DNA of 64,000 nt from Macrostomum lignano (Eukaryota), in contig NIVC01003265.1 of assembly GCA_002269645.1 (NCBI GenBank), positions 1-64,000 on the forward strand, in the 5' to 3' direction. Positions 21,658-31,966 of the stretch are shown here, piece by piece (the stretch's first letter is position 1; every line of letters begins with the position of its first letter). The notes below the pieces were generated by a model. That model made no database searches, had not been told where the DNA came from, and saw nothing but the letters and a program-made list of their open reading frames with translations. A program made the position numbers and the translations under genes.

Positions 21658-22801
21658 AACTGCATGGACTCGAGTCGAGCTTAAAAAACTGTTTGTATAT
21701 ATAACTGTGAGTTCCAATTAATGTACTGAGTTCAAAAGGAGGGCACAAAAAAGATTTGGATAGTAACGGATTTTTTACGAGGGGCCGGCGTTAGAGATAT
21801 AGCTATCAAATATTTCAAAATAGCTGCGGGTATTCAATATAGTGTGATCAGATTGAATTCAATTAAATTCTGAGCAACGTACGAGGGTATGTGGGCGTGG
21901 CATCTACATTGCAGTTGGTGTTCCCATGTGTAATAGTGCAACCAAGCGAGGTCCCTGGAGCGAAAACCTGGATCTGCCAAGTACAGCATGAGCATGAGGT
22001 CATGACCTCAGAAGTACATGCAAACTTTGATGGGACTAAAAGAAGTCTATCTAAAATAAAAAATGATTGTGCCATTGGTCCGATCTTATGGTATTTTGCA
22101 TATTTCGCATGTCCGATACTAGCTACAACTGTACTAACAGATGAATGCAAGCATTTTGCAAAAGTATGCAACCATTGTTTTCTAACAATTTGTTCGCAAA
22201 TCTCCCTTCGATCTGCCCTATCCACTGATATCTTCAAGTTTGCATATTTTTCACCTAATTCAAGCATCTCCACCGCATGGACTCCCGAAATATAAACGGA
22301 GCGCATCACACCGCAATACTTATTTGCGAGCGGCAAGGCTCAGACCACAGTTTGCAGTGCTTTAAAAACGGCTTTTTGATTTCGCAAATATTTCCTTTTT
22401 GCATAACGCTGAATGTGATTTCAGCTGCAAAAATTTGACTGCTATTGATAATTCCTGATCGGCTAGAAAAAACGTCACAGATAGATTGGAAAACGTGTAC
22501 ATGTACATGTACCTTGCACTCATATGCACATACGTGCATCTCTGTATTACATTTATTACATTAAATGTATCAAGAAGTTTGGTATATTTTGAAGAGATGT
22601 CAGAATTGTCAAAATCAGTATTTATCGATCAGTACCCTTTGAAAAATGCATGAACATGTAGCTCACACTGTACCTGTGCAAAGTTGCCGCAGTGCGCGAG
22701 AGTAAAGGATATTTGCATTTAAAAATCGGAGGCAAAAGATCAAATGTGTGAAAAATTCTGTAATTTATTATAGTGCCTGAAATTCAGAAATGAATTAAAA
22801 G

Positions 22802-22918
22802 CGAGAGAGTGAGTGAGTGAGTGAGTGAGTGAGTAAGAGAGTGAGAGTGAGAGAGTGTGTCAGTGTGGGAGTGGGTGTGAAATGAGTGAGACAGAGAGAG
22901 TGAGAGTGAGAGAGATTG
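22802..22918. repeat. (GAGT/GA)n microsatellite
   Basis: Direct reading; mirrors the (CTCA)-rich tract at ~16170-16260 in the other arm of the MULE. Confidence 0.85.
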
Positions 22919-24267
22919 AGATCTCTTAACCCCTCTCCATATATTCTCTCATTACATGTGCATGTAAATTTACTCTCATCCCCTCCCTTTGCTTTCTCCG
23001 AAATTCCCGGCTTTGAGTACACAATGAAATACACACAGTGCTCGTGCTCGTACATTTCCAGACATGTAACATATCATAGGCATTGGGCCTAAGATGCGCT
23101 TTTTCTGTTATGTGAGTGAACGATAGTTGTTAACTTGCTTTCGTCAAAATACATGTAAACCTTCGTCAAAATGAATGACACCTCTAAATCCACATACCAT
23201 AGCACATATCAAGACGCTTAGATTTGTTTGTCCGTAATGCACTACGCACCCAGACGCCGAATATACGAATGTGCGAGCTCGTAAAAAACTTTTCAAATTA
23301 CAGCAACCTGCAATTGCATTTTGAGAGGCGCTTTTTTGAAAGTGAAGTTAAATCTAATTACTCAAGCTTTTGCTCTCAAAAGCATTATTCATGCTCATCT
23401 ACTGCTAAAAGTAACAATATGTGGTTTTGTTAAAGATATTGGTAAAATTGCCTGGTTGACTTGCAATCGTTTTGGGCCACTTATTCGTGACCAATCTTGG
23501 GACGCTTCCTCCTCATCTAACTCCACAACCCATCACAACCAATAGCAATGCTGGAAGATTAGTAGCTCCCCCTCAATTCCAGTAGCCAGTAAGAGCTGTG
23601 GCGGTCTTGGTGTGTGGCGGTCTTGGTCATGCGCCACTGCAAGTCCTTGCTCTGTTTAAGGTATTATGATTATATTTTATAGGCCCCTAATTTAGGTTCA
23701 TAGGTATTACATTGTATCAAAGATAGGCTTATCATTACTCCTTAGTTTTAAAAGGCCATCTAATACTAATATACATAATAGGCCTAGTCTATTTATATCT
23801 AAGCTAGGCCTCCTTACCCTTGTAAATAAGATTAGGTCTAAGCTAGCCTATATAAAACATAATTCTAATTTCTAACAAATAGCCAAACATAGTATAATAG
23901 GCTCTTATTAATCAATAATTTAATATTAGGCTATATAGTTAAATTGTGTTTTATATATTTGAATTCATATCATAAACCAATTATAATACAATACCTATTA
24001 TAGTCTATACCTTATGCCTGTGGCTATGCCCATGGTCTATTTATTTGACTATTTTCCATTTGCAATTATCTAATATTAAATAATTCAAGTTTAAACAAGT
24101 TATAATAAATAAAATTAGAATTATTAGAATCTAACAGATTCAAATCATATGTATTGTTTTGTTTCATTAATTCAATAGGCCTATTTGCTTTTCAACTAGG
24201 CTTGGGCCTATGCTAATAAAGTCTATGTTATATACTTAAAGCTATATTATAAATAGGCTTTCTATGT

Positions 24268-24906
24268 GGCTTCTAGTCAATTCGGCGACAAGCCAATTCG
24301 GTGACAACCGATTTGGCGACAAGTCAGTTTGGCAACAGCCAATTCGGCGAATGCTAATTAAGACATTCGGTGAATCATTGCATAAAGCTACTACAAGTGG
24401 TTAAATTTTACATATGTATACGCATAGCCATTCACCCCTGACCATTTATTATAGAAAAATTGTTTTAACTATGTCAAATCGCACATTTTCAAAAAAGTTT
24501 ATAACATTTTATGCCTTCCACAGAGACATTAGGCATGGCATATGCTGGGGGGATACATGGCCATGTATACCATTTTCCCACCTGACCCAACATAATGGGC
24601 TTAAATAGTTTGATGGTTGGTTATTTAGGATTATTATTATATTTTATATTTACTATAATATACTAGGTTGGTTTGCAGCATTTGTCAAGAAAAAATTGCT
24701 ACTAAATTGCTACCAATTGCCAGCGATTTGCTGGCGGCTTTTCAAGAGAGAAATTCTTGTACTTGTATCTCAACATTTGTTTTACTGAAATATGTTTGAC
24801 ATTTAAAACCAGTAAAAAGCCTGTTGCCGAACTGACTGTCGCCAAATTGACTTGTCGCCAAATTGGCTGTCGCCGAGTTAACCTGTCGCTGAATTAACTG
24901 GTTCCC
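24268..24906. mobile_element. Non-autonomous foldback MITE with GG..CC ends and 8-bp TSD, 639 bp
   Basis: Arms consist of repeated CAATTCGGCGACA / TGTCGCCAAATTG units; TSD TTCTATGT at 24260-24267 and 24907-24914. Confidence 0.85.
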
Positions 24907-25830
24907 TTCTATGTTATCTAGATAAATTTATAGAATTTAAAGTTATGCTTTTGTTTTGATATCATATATGATATAAATTAAAAAGCAAATATAAATATGG
25001 ATTTTACTATATGAATAATGAATATTTATATTGTTTTAGCAAAAGGTATTATGACTAGTCTCAAAATAGTAGAATTTTTTGTTTTTTATATATTAATAAT
25101 ATTTAACTAAAGTTTCCTCTTACAAATGATAATTTAAATTAAAAAAAATAAGAAAATAAAACTTATGTTTTTTAATTTAGCTAGACCTATAGCTAATAAG
25201 CCATAAATCAAATCAAATATCATTTAAAAATGTGAAATAGTTTTATCTTGATTAGATCTAGTAGCTAAATAATATATTTAAGTATTTTGTTCTTTATCTT
25301 TTTATATAGACTAGATTATACTAATAAAAAGCAATAAAAAAGCAATTTGTTACTTAATAGAATAAATTAGTATTAAAACCAAAAATTTTATTCCTTTTAC
25401 CATGTGTTGATTTTCTTAGTTTTTTGTTATATTTAGAATATACATATCAATTTTTTAAAAATGTACTAGGCCATCTCATTAGTAACTAATAGGTTGATAT
25501 CAGCATAGATTAATCATATTATGACAGCTCTATAACTAAATAGCAACTTGAATTTGCATTGTCAATAGATTAAAAATGGTTAAATGATTCTAAAACTTAT
25601 ATAATGCATAGTTGTCTTCTTAAACCTAAAGCTTAATGTTCTCAATATCAGTACCACTCTTAACTTTTAGAATATATTTAGTATATTTGGCTGTATGAAC
25701 TAGTTGACCACTTGGGCATGCATATGAGGAAGCATTGGCATCCATTGTGCTTGACTATTGTCACTTTTGGTACCTGAGAATTTTCCCTTTGATACTTCAC
25801 AACACCAATGACCTTCAGGCGGCCCAGTCC

Positions 25831-28800
25831 ATGTTCGTGGTGCTGGTGCACCCCAGCCTGAAGCTGTTCGTCCGCGCCCTCAACTCCCTTGCTCGGCTGG
25901 GCGACGAGCTCTACCTGGAGTTCGACACTACCGGAGTCCTGGCCAAGACCGTCAACTCCGGCCGCTCCGCCTACGCCGAGTTCGCCTTCCAGCCCGAGTT
26001 CTTCCACCGCCACTGCCTGGCTGACGCCTCCGACCGGCCCGAGGAGTCGCTGCGCTGCAAAATTCCCGTCAAAGCCTACAGGCAGACGTTTCGGTCGCTG
26101 GGCCACATCGACCGGTCTGTGGAGCGGTGCCGCATCGAGCTGGACGGACCGGCCAGGCGGCTTACGGTGGGTGCTTCTCGCATGCAGATAACCCGGTGAA
26201 AACGATTCCTAGGCTAAGAAAGCGTCCCAGAGTCACCTGCATCGCCGCAGAGTCGTTGTAGGTAAATTTCCAAGAAGCGACTCTAAAACGACAAGATGTC
26301 ACGGTACAAGTTGCCAAAAGAGTCGCCTGAGAGCCAAGTTGAGAGGTTTGATTGCCTGCGACTCTGAAACGAATTTGGAACGACTCTGGGGCTACTTGAG
26401 CTAGTAAAACGAATTTGGAACGACTCTGGGGCTACTTGAGCTAGTAAAACGAATTTGGAACGACTCTGGGGCTACTTGAGCTAGTAAAACGAATTTGGAA
26501 CGACTCTGGGGCTACTTGAGCTAGTAAAACGAATTTGGAACGACTCTGGGGCTACTTGAGCTAGTAAAACGAATTTGGAACGACTCTGGGGCTACTTGAG
26601 CTAGTAAAACGAATTTGGAACGACTCTGGGGCTACTTGAGCTAGTAAAACGAATTTGGAACGACTCTGGGGCTACTTGAGCTAGTAGAAAGTTAACCGCT
26701 AACACAGTAAACTCTTGGACCATTTTTTATGCGACTCTTACGATTCTTCAACTCGCGTGAGGCGCTCGTGACTCAACTGTTGCCTCTCTGTCGCATTGCA
26801 GTCGTTTGAGTCACACCAGAGTCGCTAGAGTCACCAGTGAGTTGTTTGCTATGAATCTTTAGCTTTAGATTGTTGTGTCACGGTAACGTTTTCAAGGGGT
26901 AATCCGAAATTTACCACTAATCTTGTCCGGTTTTTACCCGCTTGGCTCTTTCATCCGACATTTTGCCCGGTTTCATATCCGGATTTTCGTCCGCCTCGCA
27001 ATGTATTTTTTCCTATTCGAAAAGCGGATGAAAAGTTTACAAAGCGGACGAAAAGTGCAGATTTTGACCCCTTGATCCGCTCTGCTGTTTGCAATTCGTC
27101 CGTTTTCTTCTCCGGATGTTGATCCGCATTCTTGCGGACTAGAGACCGGACCAACATTCGGACGAATTCCGGACGAATGAGACGCACACAATTCCGGACC
27201 ACTAAGCGGACCGAAATCTGGACCACTACATGCTGTGACTTCCAGCGCCCACTTATTCGAACAGCCCATGCGTATGCAGATGCATCAACCGTTTAGCATA
27301 AACTAACAAGTGTTGCAGTGAAAGAATTGAAGACTGACAAGACAGACAATGACGCATTACTTTTGTTCACACAAGAAATGATTATGTCCAGTACGTGCTG
27401 GGAACACTTTATAAAAGATGTTATGAATGCTTACGTACGTCTTTACTTTTAATGCACACTTAGACCAATAAGGCCAACAAGCGACAATGAACACAAACTA
27501 TCGAGACTGGATCGATCGATCCCTTTTGATCATTTGATCTATTCTACAAAAGAGTAGATGATGCTTCTGCTGCTTTGCTGCTAAATCGACTAAAGACAGA
27601 TGACAAATTTGTAATGAAGTTCTAATCACGATCTGGTAATTCCTACTCTGGTTGTGCAGTATCTGCATACACTGTACACGTGGTGCACTCAACAACTTCT
27701 AATTATACCCGGATCTGGTGTACTCTAGTCTGGTGCCGCAATCTCCGTATACACTAGTGTACGTAGGCGGTCCAGTGAAAAGAATGCAGAAATCAGTCTC
27801 ACTGCTGCAAAACACACAGCAGCAAATTATCTTCGAGATGACCTCCCGACTCCAATTCCTGCACTGCCGTCTGAGCCGTCATCTGCGCTGGGTGGGGTGT
27901 GGTCCGGATGGGCGGGCAATGAGCCAGAGGCAGACATAGGTGACCGAGAGCGTGTGCGAATACTATACGAATAAGCAGTCTGTCAGTACAGACAGTACAG
28001 TGGGTACAGCTGAAGACTACATTAAGTAAGACAGCAATATTAACATTTGTCCGATCTACGTCCGGAACTTTGTCCGGCGAAATCCGGCTCAATTGCGGTT
28101 GAACAGGCGGGAGACAAAGCGGATGAAATTTCCGGACAAAATATATTTTCGCCCTACTTTCATCCGGACTTAAGTCCGACTTTTCGTCCGCTCTAAGCCG
28201 GTCAAAAGTTCGGATCAAATTGCGGATGAGATCCGGATCAAAAGTAGCTTGCGAAATCCCCTTGTCCGGATTTGGCCCGGAATTTGTCCCACATTTTGGT
28301 CCGGACGTGAAATCCGGATGAAATGCGGATAAAATCCCTATTTGGTCCGGAAAGGACCCCAAAAGCGGACAAAAGCGGACGAATGGCGGACAAAATCCGG
28401 ACTAAAAAGCCAAGCGGGTATCCCACTAATGATGGCCTTGTACTAACCGCGGCCAGCTCTGCTTAACTTGGAACCCCGGCGCCTATCGCAGGTGCAATTC
28501 CAGTGCCGCATGGGCATCAGCAAGCTGCACCAGCTGTACGTGCTGGAGTGCGAGTGCCTGCAGGCGGTGGTCCCGCTGCCAACCGGCCGCTTCACCCGCC
28601 TGTCCATCCGGCCGAAGCTGCTGGCCGACCTGGTGATGCAGAATTTCCAGACCTCCCAGGAGGAGCTGACGGTGACCTGCCAGCCCCGGGCCTGCGTCAT
28701 CTGCAGCTACTGCGACAACGGCGTGCCGGCTGCCGGCTCCGTGCAGACTTCGCTCAGCCTTCGGCCGGACGAGTTTCACGAATACCGGCCGTCCGGGTCC

Positions 28801-30070
28801 AAGGGTGTCACCTTCTGCCAGCGGGAGCTCCGCTGCCTCCTCATGTTTGGCGACTGGCAGGTGCGACCTTGTCTCGTTTGCAGGATCCGCTGTTAGAACC
28901 CGCCCTCTCTATTAGAATCCGCCCTCTCTTTTAGAATCCGCCCACTCTATTAGAATCCTCCCACTCTATTAGAATCCTCCCACTCTATTAAAATCAGCCC
29001 ACTCTATAAGAATCCACCCTCTCTATAAGAATCCACCCTCTATTAGAATCCGCCTACTCTATTAGAATCCGCCCCTGTTAGTATCCGTCCCCTGTTAGAG
29101 TCCACCCCTATTAAAATCCACCTCTGATCCACCCTTAAAATCCACCCTCTATTAGGATCCGCCTCTGGTAAAATCAACCCTCTATTAGGATCCGCCCCCT
29201 CCTTATTAGAATCAGCCCCCTCCTTATTAAAATGTGCCCCCTACTTTTTAGAATCCGCCCCTCCTTATTAGAATCCGCCCCAGCACGCCGATCTCCAATG
29301 AGCCGTCGCCCCCACCAAACTCCCAGGCGCCGGCCTCGTTCCCCCTGGAGATCGAATTCGAGCGGCCCGGCCGCCCTGTCCAGTTCCACTACCGCTGCCC
29401 GGAGATGGCTTTTGAAGGCCGCTACGTGCTGTCCACCCTGGCCGAGCCTCAGTCGGCCTCCGCGACCGGCCGCAGCGCCGGGCCGATCTCGGACACCGAG
29501 TCCGAGCTGACGGCCGACCCCGGCTCCCAGCTGACCGTCACGACATCGTCCCTGACGGACGGACCTTTTAGCCGGCGGCAGCGCCACCAGCCAGCCAGCC
29601 GGAATCAGAAGCGGCCGGCCGCCGCGCTTCTGTCGCCTTCGCCGACTTCCCGAGCCTCTCAGAGCAGCAGCGGCCCCCGATCCGCGGTGCTGGAGAATCT
29701 GCCGCCACCGGCGCCGCGACAGCCTGCCGCCTTCGCCGAGGAGGAGGAGGAGGAAGATGACGAAGGCGACGAGACCATCGGCCCGGAGGACGTGGCGGCG
29801 GCGGCGGCCTCTGCGTCGTCCCGCGGAGGCCGCAAGCCGCTGCTGTCGATGCTGCAGGCCGATTCGCCAGAGCAGCAGCCGGACAGTCCGGCCAGTGACG
29901 CCCAGCAGCAGCCGCTGTGGTCGCCGCACTCGCCCGTCTTCGGCGGACCTCCGCCTGGCCGATTTGCCGACCGCCGGGCCGCCGGCGGCTGTCGCGAGCG
30001 GCAGAGGCGGCCGCCGGCTCCACTGTCGACCTCTCGAATTCTGGTGCCAGACTCGGACGGCGAGGACTGA
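25831..30070 (+). CDS. RAD9: Cell-cycle checkpoint protein RAD9 (9-1-1 clamp subunit), 482 aa, 3 exons
   Basis: Exons 25831-26166, 28492-28860 and 29327-30070, all phase 0. Motifs LARLGDELYLE, TVNSGRSAYAEF, LRCKIPVK, VTFCQRELR, FERPGRP, YVLSTL and C-terminal VPDSDGED* match human RAD9A (LSRIGDELYLE, TVNSSRSAYACF, FDAPGRP, AEDSEGEG*). Confidence 0.95.
26367..26646. repeat. 40-bp tandem repeat x7 in RAD9 intron 1
   Basis: gaatttggaa recurs every 40 bp from 26371 to 26611. Confidence 0.95.
26937..28418. mobile_element. TA-flanked non-autonomous DNA element with long TCCGGA-rich imperfect inverted arms, in RAD9 intron 1
   Basis: ta|CCCGCTTGGCT ... AGCCAAGCGGG|ta; arms at ~26937-27230 and ~28050-28418 are rich in tccgga/gcgga motifs. 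Confidence 0.7.
28893..29280. repeat. ~19-bp TATTAGAATCCGCCCTCTC minisatellite, RAD9 intron 2
   Basis: Direct reading. Confidence 0.9.
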
Positions 30071-30389
30071 CGCAGAGTTCCCGAGTCAATTTTGTAGCAT
30101 TTGAATCGCTGGCATTTCACCATAGCGGTTTTTTCTTGTCTTTTTTGGCACTTGGGTTTTGTTGGTCACTTTTTTTGTTTGCTCTCAGCTCCCTTATTCC
30201 AGCTTGCCGTCTACTTCCAGTAGTGCAGTTTTTGCGTTCGCATTTTTAAATCTTAAAATATAAAACATGGCTGAAAGTTTAAATTTGATTTTAACTTTTA
30301 CTTTTTTGTTACGCTCGCTTTGGCCTACTGGTTTGAACTGAGCTTGTTGAGGGCATGGGTTTTTAGCCAGATGCGTCACTGGGTATCAC

Positions 30390-31850
30390 GGCACCACCCC
30401 AATCACAGTGCCACCCTCCAATCACAGTGCCACCCCCAATCACAGTGCCACCCCCCAATCACAGTGCCAGCCACCCAATCACAGTGCCACCCTCCAACCA
30501 CAGTGCCACCCTCCAATCACAGTGCCACCCCCAATCACAGTGCCACCCCCCAATCACAGTGCCAGCCCCCCCCCAATCACAGTGCCACCCCCAATCACAG
30601 TGCCACCCCCCAATCACAGTGCCAGCCACCCAATCACAGTGCCACCCTCCAATCACAGTGCCACCCTCCAATCACAGTGCCACTACCCAATCACAGTGCC
30701 AGCCCCCAGTCACAGTGCCACTACCCAATCACAGTGCCACCCCCAATCACAGTGCCACCCCCAATCACAGTGCCGCCCCCAATCACAATGCCAGCCACCC
30801 AATCACAGTGCCACCCCCAATCACAGTGCCAGCCACCCAATCACAGTGCCAGCCACCCAATCACAGTGCCACCCCCAATCACAGTGCCACCCCCAATCAC
30901 AGTGCCACCCCCAATCACAGTGCCACCCCCAATCACAGTGCCACCCCCAATCACAGTGCCACCCCCCAATCACAGTGCCACCCCCCAATCACAATGCCAG
31001 CCACCCAATCACAGTGCCACCCCCAATCACAGTGCCACCCCCAATCACAGTGCCAGCCACCCAATCACAGTGCCAGCCACCCAATCACAGTGCCAGCCAC
31101 CCAATCACAGTGCCAGCCCCAATCACAGTGCTACCCTCCAATCAAAGTGCCACCCCCCCAATCACAGTGCCAGCCACCCAATCACAGTGCTACCCTCCAA
31201 TCACAATGCCACCCCCAATCACAGTGCCACCCCCAATCACAGTGCCACCCCCAATCACAGTGCCACCCCCAATCACAGTGCCACCCCCAATCACAGTGCC
31301 ACCCCCCAATCACAATGCCAGCCACCCAATCACAGTGCCACCCCCAATCACAGTGCCAGCCACCCAATCACAGTGCCAGCCACCCAATCACAGTGCCAGC
31401 CCCAATCACAGTGCTACCCTCCAATCAAAGTGCCACCCCCCCCCCAATCACAGTGCCAGCCACCCAATCACAGTGCTACCCTCCAATCACAATGCCACCC
31501 CCCCAATCACAGTGCCACCACCCAATCACAGTGCCACTACCCAATCACAGTGCCACCCCCAATCACAGTGCCAGCCACCCAATCACAGTGCCAGCCACCC
31601 AATCACAATGCCAGCCCCAATCACAGTGCTACCCTCCAATCAAAGTGCCACCCCCCCAATCACAGTGCCAGCCACCCAATCACAGTGCCACCCCCAATCA
31701 CAGTGCCAGCCACCCAATCACAATGCCAGCCACCCAATCACAGTGCCAGCCACCCAATCACAGTGCCACCACCCAATCACAGTGCCACTACCCAATCACA
31801 GTGCCAGCCCCAATCACAGTGCCAGCCCCAATCACAGTGCCAGCCCCCAA
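30390..31850. repeat. ~18-19-bp CCAATCACAGTGCCACCC minisatellite between RAD9 and RIC8
   Basis: Direct reading; it generates the spurious 480-535 aa ORFs. Confidence 0.97.
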
Positions 31851-31966
31851 TCTCGGTGCCATTCCTGTCGAATAAGCCGCAGATAGTGGCAGCTTCGCCA
31901 GGCGCCACTACTAACAGTAGCATGTAAAAAACTCGCTCTGCTGCATGTTGCAGCCCTATCGACGCC

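Larger units (their letters stand above)
15578..23635 (+). mobile_element. Full-length Mutator/MULE DNA transposon, 8,058 bp
   Basis: 39-bp TIRs GGTGTAGGACCAAGACCGCCACACACCAAGACCGCCACA vs GGCGCATGACCAAGACCGCCACACACCAAGACCGCCACA (3 mismatches). Identical 8-bp flanks ACTGCAAG at 15570-15577 and 23636-23643. Encloses an intact MULE transposase. Confidence 0.92.

Noticed and set aside
25735-25830. N-terminal extension of RAD9 (MASIVLDY...)
   Set aside because: Lies upstream of a splice acceptor at 25818 in AT-rich sequence; homology starts at ATG 25831.
30320-31927. 535/492/482-aa Pro/Gln/Cys-rich ORFs
   Set aside because: Products of a stop-free 18-19-bp minisatellite open in all three frames; no splice or domain evidence.
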